Shown here: positions 1-9,181 of the stretch, piece by piece
Position numbering within the stretch: position 1 is the stretch's first letter
Layout of the letters: each line of letters opens with the position of its first letter
Assembly (NCBI GenBank): GCA_050293845.1
Contig: JBNKNM010000043.1
Coordinates: 1-34,031 of the forward strand
Direction: 5' to 3'
From: Pseudobacteriovorax sp.
Lineage (GTDB): Bacteria; Bdellovibrionota_B; Oligoflexia; Oligoflexales; Oligoflexaceae
Length of the DNA: 34,031 bases
Program-made: the position numbers and the translations under genes
The notes under the pieces: model-generated
Told to the model about the DNA's origin: nothing
Database searches by the model: none
The model's input: only the letters and a program-made list of their open reading frames with translations

Positions 1-1614
1 GAAAAGCACCATACTTTAGGTAATTTTCAACTGGCATTGAAAACTTTGAATCAGGCAGCCGAAGAAGCTAAAAATAGCGGTTATATCCATGAAGAAGCTA
101 TTGCCTATGAGTTAATTACTGAGCTTGGATTAAGAGAAAAGTTATATTCTCTTGCAGGAGATTTTCTGCTTCGTGCGTTAAATACTTATAAAATGTGGGG
201 AGCCTTAAAAAAGGTTAAATTTCTTCTAGAGGAACATAAAAATTGGTTTTCAAGTAATACATATTTACATCTCCGTGAACAAAATTCGAAGGTGGACCGC
301 CTAGATTTTGATACGTTTAAATCAGTCATATCTGGACTGGCTCATGAAACGAAGCATGAAAATCTTATTTCACAGATGATGATATCATCAATTTCCTTTA
401 CAGGTGCTGAAAAGGGGTGCGTAATACTACGAGAACTAAATTCTGCTGGTTTTCAAATTGTTAGATTCTTTGAAGACGGAATTTCCAATATTACAACAAC
501 TGCTATTCAAAACTATAAAAATCTTTGTCAAGGCGTTATCAATTATGTTTTAAGATCAAAAAAGCTGATAGTCGTTGATGATGCCATCATTCCTAACTCA
601 ACCATTCCTGGCTTAGAGAGGGATTCTTATATAGCAGAAAATTTAGTGAGATCCTTAGTTTGTATGCCAATTATTGTTGGACAGAAAGGTGCTGAACAGA
701 TAATTGGTGCCATATATTTAGAAAATAACTTAACATCACATGTATTTTCGAGCCCCAAAATCCAGATACTAGATCTTATTGTGCAGACTGTTGCTGGTCG
801 TATAGAGCTATCAAAAAAAACTGAAACTTTAGAAGATTCGCTATTTCAAGCATCTCAGGTTCAGCAAGCCATGCTACCTCGCACTGGTAACATTTCATCA
901 TTTACGGTCAGTGAATATTATGAATCAGCGGAACAGACAGGAGGCGATTGGTATGGATATTATGAGGACTACAGCTCTGGACGCCTATACTTTTTTATTG
1001 GAGATGTCACCGGCCATGGCGTATCATCGTCCTTAATCACAGGAACAGCATCAGGGGCGACCTATGGCACACTTGAAACTTTAAAGCGTATTGGGGACAG
1101 ACCTGATATTGAGCATGAAATAGAAATCATTGCTAAGTCGGTTAATCAAGCCGTATACGATACAGGTGCAAAAGTAGATCGCTTAATGACAATGCTGTTC
1201 ATGGTATTTGATACCCATAGCAGTAGAGGGGTGTATATTAATGCGGGACATCCGTGTGGCTGCATCATTAATAGCACTAAAAATAGAGTTTTTACAACTT
1301 CTGGAAGTCCATTAGGTTTTTTTGAAGATCCAGTCTATAAAATTCATAAGTTTGAACTTAATCGTGGTGAATCATTGTTTTTTTATACTGATGGTCTTGT
1401 AGAAAATCAGGGGCCTAACGGAAAAGTTCTCAAATTACGACGCTTGATGAAGCTATTTTCATCCGATAAGTCTCCTCATGAAATGAAAAACCTTATTCTC
1501 AGAAATGCACGAGCTATTTGGCAAAATCATCCGCCTGAAGACGATTGCGCCTTTGTTATACTCCGGTGGGAAGGGACAGAGAAAGAACTTCGTGAGGATT
1601 ATCTTCCTGCTTAA
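1..1614 (+). CDS. GAF domain + SpoIIE/PP2C (RsbU-like) phosphatase; 5'-truncated C-terminal part of a larger protein (probably AAA/Ser-Thr kinase-GAF type)
   Basis: Frame is open from base 1. GAF motifs RSLVCMPI and IGAIYLENNL. PP2C motifs GGDWY, GDVTGHG, NAGHP, YTDGL and DDC. The 'Y..WGA..KV..L' segment is typical of the kinase/AAA-GAF linker. Confidence 0.85.
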   Translation, partial: EKHHTLGNFQLALKTLNQAAEEAKNSGYIHEEAIAYELITELGLREKLYSLAGDFLLRALNTYKMWGALKKVKFLLEEHKNWFSSNTYLHLREQNSKVDRLDFDTFKSVISGLAHETKHENLISQMMISSISFTGAEKGCVILRELNSAGFQIVRFFEDGISNITTTAIQNYKNLCQGVINYVLRSKKLIVVDDAIIPNSTIPGLERDSYIAENLVRSLVCMPIIVGQKGAEQIIGAIYLENNLTSHVFSSPKIQILDLIVQTVAGRIELSKKTETLEDSLFQASQVQQAMLPRTGNISSFTVSEYYESAEQTGGDWYGYYEDYSSGRLYFFIGDVTGHGVSSSLITGTASGATYGTLETLKRIGDRPDIEHEIEIIAKSVNQAVYDTGAKVDRLMTMLFMVFDTHSSRGVYINAGHPCGCIINSTKNRVFTTSGSPLGFFEDPVYKIHKFELNRGESLFFYTDGLVENQGPNGKVLKLRRLMKLFSSDKSPHEMKNLILRNARAIWQNHPPEDDCAFVILRWEGTEKELREDYLPA

Positions 1615-2429
1615 AGTTCAAATCCCATTCCTACACTAATTGATCGAAATGAGTCATTATCAATATTTTCTTGCTTTTCTGTAGTGACGACAGTTTGGTT
1701 ATTTGTAGATTGGACTTCGGTTATGTCACCACTGAATTTGACATCAGTAGTATTTGCGATAGAGGATTCGATGACGAAAGTATAGTTTCCCCAAAATATT
1801 GAGGTTCCTATAACAAGATTGAACCCTGTAGTTGTCAGATTAAGAGCTCCAGATCTTTCAAAGCCTCCTTCGCGAAAATGACCCTTAATTGAACCTGATG
1901 AGGAAACGATGTAGTCCACGCTTGCATAGGGAAGAAAGTTTTCCATATCCCAGAAGATGCTTCCTCGCAGTCCAAACTCAAGTAAGGTGCCTCTGCTATA
2001 AAAATTATCGGAAGGCACAAGACTAAAATAACGAATACTTGGGCCAAGTCTGAGGGGAAGATCATTAGGACCTAACTCAATAACTAGTTGGCCACCATAG
2101 GCTGAAAATGGACTTTTCTTATACCATCTTTCCCCAAGAAAAAAATTTAGATCTACCAACTCCTTGCGCGATGGAAGTAGATTGGTTTCTAGTGCATCCT
2201 CTGGCTCCACAGGTACATCTGACTCCGGCGGAATCTCGCCCTCACCCGACTCAAGGTTTATTTCTTCTGATGTAACAGTTTCTTCATCACCTGAAGAAAC
2301 TGAATCATTATTATTTGTAGCCGAACTGTTCTCAGCTGACCCCTCATTAGTGGGAAGGGAATTATCTTCAGCAGCTAACCCAACAGTACACAAGATCGAC
2401 AAATTAAGGACGATGAGCTTCTCCATCAT
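1611..2429 (-). CDS. Putative outer-membrane beta-barrel protein with acidic disordered N-terminus
   Basis: Signal peptide-like N-terminus, E/D/S-rich linker, alternating beta-strand pattern and C-terminal SISVGMGFEL resembling a beta-signal. Its stop shares TTAA (1611-1614) with the convergent gene. Confidence 0.6.
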   Translation of the reverse strand: MMEKLIVLNLSILCTVGLAAEDNSLPTNEGSAENSSATNNNDSVSSGDEETVTSEEINLESGEGEIPPESDVPVEPEDALETNLLPSRKELVDLNFFLGERWYKKSPFSAYGGQLVIELGPNDLPLRLGPSIRYFSLVPSDNFYSRGTLLEFGLRGSIFWDMENFLPYASVDYIVSSSGSIKGHFREGGFERSGALNLTTTGFNLVIGTSIFWGNYTFVIESSIANTTDVKFSGDITEVQSTNNQTVVTTEKQENIDNDSFRSISVGMGFEL

Positions 2430-2633
2430 CTACCAAACTCCACAAATGTTAGTTTGTTACATTGTATAAAGTCTTAAATTATTTGTCATCTTTATAAGGC
2501 TAAGAAAAATCACTTACTCCGCTAAATACCAACAAGCAGTCATAATGTCTTATCTATCTCTCCCATACAGTGGACGTTAACTGCTTTCGTGAAACTGTAT
2601 TGCAGCAGGAGGGGTTAAACTCCTATATAACTT

Positions 2634-4220
2634 TTACTTCCCGCTCTTGCCATAGTTGGGAAGGGCTCTGGCGCTGGGTTCTTTCACCTGGCAATTCTGC
2701 CAATCTTGATTGGGAAGCCAGAAGTCTTTAATAAGTCCGGCGCGACCTGGAAAAAATTTTTCAAAAATACGTCGATAGAATAAGGACTCCTTTGTAAACG
2801 GGTTGCCATGCCGATATGCAGCTTGCGTGAGTTCGCTATCTGATATGGCTTGTTCCGCATAAGCTTTGATTTCATCCACCATACTGTGACCGACAGCATC
2901 AGAAAAAGCTGCTTTTTCCCTAAATAGGATGTTTTCTGGAAGCAGATTGGTGTCTTTAAAAGACCTTCTTAGTAAATATTTTCCAATACCATATTTATTC
3001 ATCTTAACTTCGGGATCGATCGCCATAATATATTCAACAAAATCGAGATCACCAAAAGGAACTCGCGCTTCCAAGGAGTGGGCACTCATGCAACGATCGG
3101 CTCTCAGCACATCATATTGATGGAGTTCGAAAACCCGCTTTTCGGCTTCTTTTTGGAATTCCATGGAATTTGGAGCATAGTCGGTGTACTTATAACCAAA
3201 CAGCTCATCGCTGACCTCGCCTGTAAGCAATACCTTAATATCAGTGTGGCTCTTGATATGTTCGCAAACTAGATACATACCTATCGAGGCTCTAATTGTT
3301 GTAATATCCCAGGTTTCCAAGCTATGTATGATGGCTTCCAGTTTCTCTAAAACTTCGTCCATCGTGAAATACACGTTGGTATGATCAGAGCCGATATGCT
3401 CGGCAACCATCTCTGCATATTTAATGTCAATGGCATCGTGGCGGCATCCTACCGCAAAAGTTTTGATGGGCTGCTCCAGTTTCTCAGCAGCTATGGCACA
3501 AACAAGGCTTGAATCAAGTCCACCGCTAAGGAGAAAGCCGATGGGTGCATCAGACTCCAGACGCTTAATCACACCAGCTTTAAGTCGATCGTGGATTCCT
3601 TGGGTAATCGATTCTAAGCTAGCAAAGCAGCTGGTTTGACTTTGACTGAACGATCGATAGGGAATAAATGAGACTCCATCAAAAAAATGACCTGGAGGAA
3701 ATGGATGAACACTTTTACAAAAGTCAACTAAAGCTTTCGCTTCCGAGGCAAATGCTATCTCCCCCTCATGTTTAGTATACCCATAAAATAGGGGGCGAAT
3801 ACCGATGGGATCGCGGGCACCTTTCAGGACCCCAGCAATGGGGTCGTAGGTGATGAAAGCAAATTCTCCATCCAAGCGATAACAGGCTTCTTTGAGGCCA
3901 AATTCTTGGATAAGAGGAAGGATAACCTCACAATCGCTATGGGAATGGAAAGGATAACCTTCTTTAAACTTATCGTATAGCTGATGATAGTTATAGATTT
4001 CCCCATTACAGATAAGCATTTGTCCGGAATTAAGATCAATAAAAGGCTGCATACCTTGATGAGTTAGATCCATAATGGCAAGACGATGGAATCCCAAATA
4101 AACATTATCTATGATGGTAACCCGGCTTTCATCTGGACCACGATGGAAAAGTTTTTGAAATTCTTGATCTAATACTGCTTTTTTAACTGATGTGCCTAAG
4201 TAGGCAAATATTCCACACAT
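2634..4220 (-). CDS. asnB: Asparagine synthetase B (glutamine-hydrolysing)
   Basis: MCGIF Ntn-amidotransferase start, HRGPD, RLAIMD, NGEIYN, SDCE, RDPIGIRPL, LSGGLDSS, LEARVPF, KYLLR, REKAAFSD. Confidence 0.97.
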   Translation of the reverse strand: MCGIFAYLGTSVKKAVLDQEFQKLFHRGPDESRVTIIDNVYLGFHRLAIMDLTHQGMQPFIDLNSGQMLICNGEIYNYHQLYDKFKEGYPFHSHSDCEVILPLIQEFGLKEACYRLDGEFAFITYDPIAGVLKGARDPIGIRPLFYGYTKHEGEIAFASEAKALVDFCKSVHPFPPGHFFDGVSFIPYRSFSQSQTSCFASLESITQGIHDRLKAGVIKRLESDAPIGFLLSGGLDSSLVCAIAAEKLEQPIKTFAVGCRHDAIDIKYAEMVAEHIGSDHTNVYFTMDEVLEKLEAIIHSLETWDITTIRASIGMYLVCEHIKSHTDIKVLLTGEVSDELFGYKYTDYAPNSMEFQKEAEKRVFELHQYDVLRADRCMSAHSLEARVPFGDLDFVEYIMAIDPEVKMNKYGIGKYLLRRSFKDTNLLPENILFREKAAFSDAVGHSMVDEIKAYAEQAISDSELTQAAYRHGNPFTKESLFYRRIFEKFFPGRAGLIKDFWLPNQDWQNCQVKEPSARALPNYGKSGK

Positions 4221-4380
4221 AATTTTAGGCTCTCCGAACGCATGTATTTTATATCAAATTAATAACGAAATGTTATCGGAAATGCAAAATAAATACTTTA
4301 ATCGGAATTTATTGTGTAAATTTGTTATTTATTTAGTTAATATATTGATAGATTGTCAATTCATATGGAGGAATGAGGAC

Positions 4381-4836
4381 TTGGATTACGAAATTGATAG
4401 TCTCGATAGAAAAATCTTAAGACATATGCAAATGGATTCACGGAAACCTTTTTTAGAAATTGCTAGGGATCTGAAGGTATCGGGGGGGACCATTCACGGT
4501 CGTGTTAAAAAAATGAAGGAAATAGGTGTATTACAGGGGACAAAGGTCGTGATTGATCCTGAAAAATTGGATTATAAGCTGTCAGCCTTTGTCGGTATCC
4601 AAGTCAATGATGCCAGTCAGTCCCATGAAGTGGCTATGGCCTTGAAAGCCATTCCCGAGGTTCTTGAGGTTCATTATACCACCGGAGATTACAGTCTCTT
4701 TACCCGTATTATTGTGACGGAAACACGTGAGTTATTTGCCATCCTTTCGCAGAAGATCCAGCAAATTAAAAGCGTTCAATCCACCCAGACGTTAATCATT
4801 CTCAACACGATCTTTGAACGTGATTTATTGATATAG
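4381..4836 (+). CDS. asnC: Lrp/AsnC family transcriptional regulator, divergent from asnB
   Basis: IDSLDRKIL...DSRKPFLEIARDLKVSGGTIHGRVKKM HTH and a VHYTTGDYSL ligand domain. The likely start is TTG 4381 after GAGGA; the ORF-track start at 4270 looks too long. Confidence 0.85.
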   Translation: MDYEIDSLDRKILRHMQMDSRKPFLEIARDLKVSGGTIHGRVKKMKEIGVLQGTKVVIDPEKLDYKLSAFVGIQVNDASQSHEVAMALKAIPEVLEVHYTTGDYSLFTRIIVTETRELFAILSQKIQQIKSVQSTQTLIILNTIFERDLLI

Positions 4837-4887
4837 CTTAAGTTCGCAATTTTACCAGATACGGTGTTTCTTTTGAGCGTAACTGCT

Positions 4888-6232
4888 TTACTTGAATGAT
4901 AGCCAAATTGAATCGGTGACATCCTCTCTCGACTGAAGTCGAAAGCACCCTGTAGTTAGTGTCCGAAGCATAGTCACGTGAGCCACGCTTACTTGAGGTT
5001 TGCAGGAGAATGGGGCCAGCTCTAGTTTCCTGCTACTATCGGGAAGATTTCCAGAAAGGCCCTGCCACAGGGCTGGTTCATATCGTTTCACAAAGTTTAA
5101 TGTTGATTGCAGGTCTCTGGGTAAACGGAAATCACACTTTTTACACTTGAAAACACGAATGGAAGGATCAATACCTTCTTTATGAACGTATCCACAGCTT
5201 GAGCAAGTTCTTGCAGTTCCCCTCTCATCGAATTTTTGAGCTACCTGCCCCAGGCGCTTGGCCTTGTACTTCAGGATATCGAAGAGTATTTCAAGGGGGT
5301 TGTTATTTTGAACGGCCCTATTAATAGACTTATTCACAAACTTGTTCTTGGTATCAGCCAGAGTTTTTCTCTTATCCCAATCACCGACCATGAAGTGTGA
5401 TACATCTTCATGTTCATTCAAAATCTTATTAGCTAGGGTGTGAAGATACATCTTTGTTCTGGTGCTAATCTCGAAACAGGACACGGATTCTCTTATTTCG
5501 TCTTCTCCATGCCTTGGAGTTTCTATTTTTTATCTTATCCCGCCTGGATTTCAAGGTGTCCATAAGCTTATAAGTTGACATATTTATTTTTCTAAGTGGT
5601 GAGAAGCTGTATGCGACGAATTCACCAGTTGTTTTAATTCCAGTTAGTGCTGTCTTGCAGCCGGGGTCAAAATAGATTTTGTGACCCCATGCCAGGCTAT
5701 CTGCTTCTTTTACTTCATAGGAGAACAGCGCATACCATTTTTTCCCCAATTCATCATATTTTACTTTTACTGTTTTGGGTTTTTCTACCTTAATATGGAG
5801 AGCTTCTATTTCAATCCAGTCTTTTTTACCTTTTCCGAATGCAAGTTTCAGCTTGCCATCTTCAATTTTAAAACTATTTTCAGGCTGAGAATAGGTTTGC
5901 GTGTAGAAGTATTTTTTAGACTTGAACTTTGGAGGTCTTACATTCTTATCGCCCTGTTTTCTTTTTGTGAAAAACATTTGATTTGAACGATCAAGATCAA
6001 ATACGATTTCTTGCAAGACCTGCGATGATGGGATTTTAAACTCAGGAAGGATCTTCTTTATCTTTGGCAAATCCTTCTTTTGCTCGTATTTATTGGTCTT
6101 GCCATAGAGGTGGTAGTTCTTCCTTTCAGTGACCATACCATTCCAAAATTCGGTACACAAACCGGACACCAACCATAGCTTTTGGATCGCATCATAACTA
6201 GGTTTGATCTGAATTTTGCAGGTTAAATCCAT
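4888..6232 (-). pseudogene. tnpB: TnpB RNA-guided nuclease, split by a frameshift near 5470
   Basis: N-part (6232-5465): KIQIKP start, PSSQVLQ, RPPKFKSK, RuvC-I YFDPG. C-part (to 4888): LHTLANKI, LKYKA, zinc finger CSSC...FKCKKC, RuvC-III PRD. RBS GGAGG before ATG 6232. Confidence 0.9.
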
Positions 6233-6802
6233 CTCTACCTCCAGTTGAAAAGATAACCATACGATGGTACTTAGTCATATGAAATAGTTATTTTATTTTC
6301 TATTTAGGTATAACCATATATCAAAGAATAATGAGTGGAAATCAGCAAGAACATGCGACTACAATGTAGGCTACCACCTCGTTTGGTCAACCAAGTATAG
6401 GCGGCAGGTTCTCAAAGGTGATGTCGAGAAAAGGATCAATGAAATTTTTCATGAGATAGCCGAACAATACGATCTTGAGATCGGTGAAATGGAAGTCATG
6501 CCAGACCACTGCCATTTGTTTATTTCTTGTCATCCCAAGATTCCACCTTCCCATCTAGCAAAGTGGCTCAAGGGAATATCTGCTAGGAAGCTTTTTATCG
6601 AATTTCCCAGTTTAAAGTCAAGGCTATGGAAAGGTCATCTTTGGAATCCAAGCTATTATGTGGGAACAGTTGGTAATATGTCCAAAGACGTCGTTTTGCG
6701 ATACATACAGGATCAGAAGGCTCACCCACCAAGCTAGTAGCTCGGATCGCGAAGGAGCCTTATATCCACCCTTTGAAAAAGGGGGGATTACGGCTCATTA
6801 TT
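4916..6802 (-). mobile_element. IS200/IS605-family element (divergent tnpA and tnpB, IS605-like layout)
   Basis: Right end on the minus strand: hairpin CTTTCGAC-TTCA-GTCGAGAG then AGGATGTCAC ending at 4916. Left end on the minus strand: AATAATGAGCCGTAATCCCCCCTTTTTCAAAGGGTGGATATAAGGCTC (hairpin 6764-6788), preceded by TTTAG (6807-6803). The exact left boundary is uncertain by a few bases. Confidence 0.85.
6318..6737 (+). CDS. tnpA: IS200-family Y1 HUH transposase TnpA (no canonical start codon; possibly a pseudogene)
   Basis: The frame extends upstream of the ORF-track start as (ATA)SKNNEWKSARTCDYNVGYHLVWSTKYRRQVL. HUH motif DHCHL, LWNPSYYVGTVG and catalytic YIQDQ. ATA at 6318 sits where the start is expected. 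Confidence 0.88.
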   Translation: MSKNNEWKSARTCDYNVGYHLVWSTKYRRQVLKGDVEKRINEIFHEIAEQYDLEIGEMEVMPDHCHLFISCHPKIPPSHLAKWLKGISARKLFIEFPSLKSRLWKGHLWNPSYYVGTVGNMSKDVVLRYIQDQKAHPPS

Positions 6803-7021
6803 CTAAAGTGCCCAGCTAGGCAAAGTTGCCATTCCAGAATCTTTGAATATCAAGCTCATAGAAGTCTCATCTGATACATCTCACTTTTCCAAATCTTAAT
6901 CGAAGTCTACAGCTTGTTAAAATGAGACGGCGGTCAAAAATAAATAGAAACCTTTATATTTTGTTCAAACTCTAAACTGATATTTTTCACTCACTAGTTT
7001 TTGAGTTTCAAAGGTTGCATC

Positions 7022-7441
7022 TCAATTTCTAAAAAACTTGATCGTAAGAGGGTATTCATAGATCTCATGTCTGTTTGCTTGTATTGCTGCAATTACCATA
7101 TTTACTATTGCGTATACTATATACAATGATCCAATAACCATTAGGAGAAGATGGCCATGGAAGAACAGAGAATTCTCTATATCCATTGACATGGCCCAAG
7201 ACATAGCTATAAGATAGAGAATTGCAATTCCTGATAATGTTAACTGGAAGTTTAAAGCCGCAAGTGCATGTCTTGCAATGTTTTGATTCTTACCTCGATT
7301 AATCAACCAGAAAAGTAGAGGAGCCCATATATTTCCTAGAGGAACGATCAGCAGAGCAAAAGGTGATAAGTGTGCGAGGATTGCTAAATTGTTTTGATCA
7401 CTTGCTTCATTAGTTGGGTTTGTCTTCTTACTCATTGTCAA
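7022..7441 (-). CDS. DUF4870-family membrane protein
   Basis: LAHLS...GNIWAPLLFWL...HALAALNFQLT...AAIQAN...YEYPLTIKF pattern with about three hydrophobic segments. Confidence 0.8.
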   Translation of the reverse strand: MTMSKKTNPTNEASDQNNLAILAHLSPFALLIVPLGNIWAPLLFWLINRGKNQNIARHALAALNFQLTLSGIAILYLIAMSWAMSMDIENSLFFHGHLLLMVIGSLYIVYAIVNMVIAAIQANRHEIYEYPLTIKFFRN

Positions 7442-7561
7442 AATCTCATATTAATAATTTATATGTTCGTGAATATTATGTTTCAAACTTAATAAATAAC
7501 TCTTTCCATTTTCCAATTATGAAATAAAGAAGCATCAGGACGAAATGAGTTACTTTTATTT

Positions 7562-8296
7562 TTACTCACGCAAATCAATAAAATTCCCAAGCAAACTAAA
7601 CTGGCCGATTCGCGTAGGCTTTTTCTCTTTATACTTGACCTTGATCTGGTTAACCTGAGTTATATAGTCTAGACCAGCTTTTCGAATCTCGTCATACGCC
7701 TCATCGCAAACAGACTCTGAAAACAGCCAGTAGTGGGCACCAAGACCAATATTTTCTTTGTTATATGATTTTGCGGAAATAGCGATTCTTTCCAGGACAC
7801 CTGTGACAGAGGTATCGGAATAGTTTTCGGCAAATGTATGGTAACGATTCCCAACTTTCTTGAGTAATCCGGAAGAAACCAGCTCATCTGCTCTCTTGAC
7901 TCCGGCCATTTCACCAAGATCCTTAGTAATACGACCTACCGTAACGCCTTCAGGATGATTAGCTAGGCTCAGAATATACTGGTCATATTCCTTCCATGTC
8001 GTCATCTTTTCTGAGGGATTTATAAACTGATAGTCGTTAAATAAAGGCTTCCATACTTCCGCAAATTTAGAATCGTAGCGGCTTATTAATTCATGGATTT
8101 CCTGCCGAGTCATGAACACAGAAAGGATGGGGATAATAGTCGAATCGATACCGCAATGGGTTGTCTCGCCGCAAACTAGCCTTCGAACTGTCGAGTAGGA
8201 TACCCCAGACTTCCTTGCTAGACTGGAAAATGAGCGTTTTTGATTTTCGTCTAAGTAGGCCTGAACCTTTCTTCTTACTTCGTTTATAAGCTCCAT
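7562..8296 (-). CDS. N-terminal HTH protein, probably TIGR02147/DUF4423-like regulator
   Basis: SFSSLARKSGVSYSTVRRL HTH, a second wHTH-like segment (ADELVSSGLLKK) and a C-terminal alpha/beta tail. Start ATG 8296 follows GGAGGTG. Confidence 0.55.
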   Translation of the reverse strand: MELINEVRRKVQAYLDENQKRSFSSLARKSGVSYSTVRRLVCGETTHCGIDSTIIPILSVFMTRQEIHELISRYDSKFAEVWKPLFNDYQFINPSEKMTTWKEYDQYILSLANHPEGVTVGRITKDLGEMAGVKRADELVSSGLLKKVGNRYHTFAENYSDTSVTGVLERIAISAKSYNKENIGLGAHYWLFSESVCDEAYDEIRKAGLDYITQVNQIKVKYKEKKPTRIGQFSLLGNFIDLRE

Positions 8297-8577
8297 GAAT
8301 TCACCACCTCCCAACATGTAGGTATGTCTTACTTCTTTTTAGAGTGGTTTGTAAAGAGGTTTTAGTCGCTGAGAAAAGGTTTCGAGAAAATATAATTCAA
8401 TATTTTTAGATAGTTAAACTTCAATGAATCCAAGACTTCAACCCACAACAGAACCATATACACCTTCTTTTAGGGTGAAGCAATTACCACTATATTCTCA
8501 AATTTAGCAAATTCTCGTAGAAAATCTAATGACACATTATAATCACAGGTAGAAGCCGTGGGTAGGTACCATAAGAA

Positions 8578-9048
8578 TTACTCTTTCAGAGCTTTTTCGA
8601 TAAAATCCGATTTTCTCCTTCGGTACTCATCTTCATCCAACCCTGTACAAGCAATCTTAAGCTGGTTGTATTGAGAAAGAAGCACTGGATCGCTGATTAG
8701 TAATTCCTTGAAATGAAGGAAGAACTCAAATTTGGAGCCATTGACCACTACTTGTATTGCGATGCTATCATCGGTTTCGCTTTCTAACATACAAAGTTGA
8801 GTGGTTCTCAAAGTGCCTTGCTTCTCCGTAAAGCCTAAATCTAAAATAGCATTTATAGTTGATTCGAATTCATCCTTCTCTATCCCAACAAAAATATCTA
8901 AATCACCTTTGGAAATAGAACCTTCGATAGATGAAGAGCCGACGTGCTCAACTCTAGCATCTGGTATTATTTTTAGAATACGTTGCCGATACTTTTCAAA
9001 GTTTTGATTACAGCACTCCTGATACTGACGATATTTAAAGAACTTCAA
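8578..9048 (-). CDS. GrpB/UPF0157 family nucleotidyltransferase-like protein
   Basis: VEHVGSSSIEGSISKGDLDIFV and F...L......YNQLK....Y...KSDFI motifs. The likely start is TTG 9048 after AGGA; the ORF-track extension overlaps a separate small gene. Confidence 0.85.
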   Translation of the reverse strand: MKFFKYRQYQECCNQNFEKYRQRILKIIPDARVEHVGSSSIEGSISKGDLDIFVGIEKDEFESTINAILDLGFTEKQGTLRTTQLCMLESETDDSIAIQVVVNGSKFEFFLHFKELLISDPVLLSQYNQLKIACTGLDEDEYRRRKSDFIEKALKE

Positions 9049-9061
9049 TGGCTGGTTCCTA

Positions 9062-9181
9062 TCAATTGACTCCTGAGCTGTTCTTACCCACACCAGCTCC
9101 AGCTCCACCCTTGACACCATTAGTAAGGAAGTCTCCTCCTTTATTACCACCACAGCCGCCACTAAATCCACCATTTTTCAT
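9062..9181 (-). CDS. Small glycine-rich peptide, 39 aa (MKNGGFSGGCGGNKGGDFLTNGVKGGAGAGVGKNSSGVN)
   Basis: Perfect AGGAGG 8 nt before ATG 9181, stop TGA at 9064-9062, and a GGN-rich codon pattern. Not in the ORF track. Confidence 0.55.
   Translation of the reverse strand: MKNGGFSGGCGGNKGGDFLTNGVKGGAGAGVGKNSSGVN

Noticed and set aside
9049..9174. ORF-track N-terminal extension of GrpB (MVDLVAAVVV...)
   Set aside because: It is an alternate-frame reading of the Gly-rich small ORF. GrpB-like sequence starts near TTG 9048.
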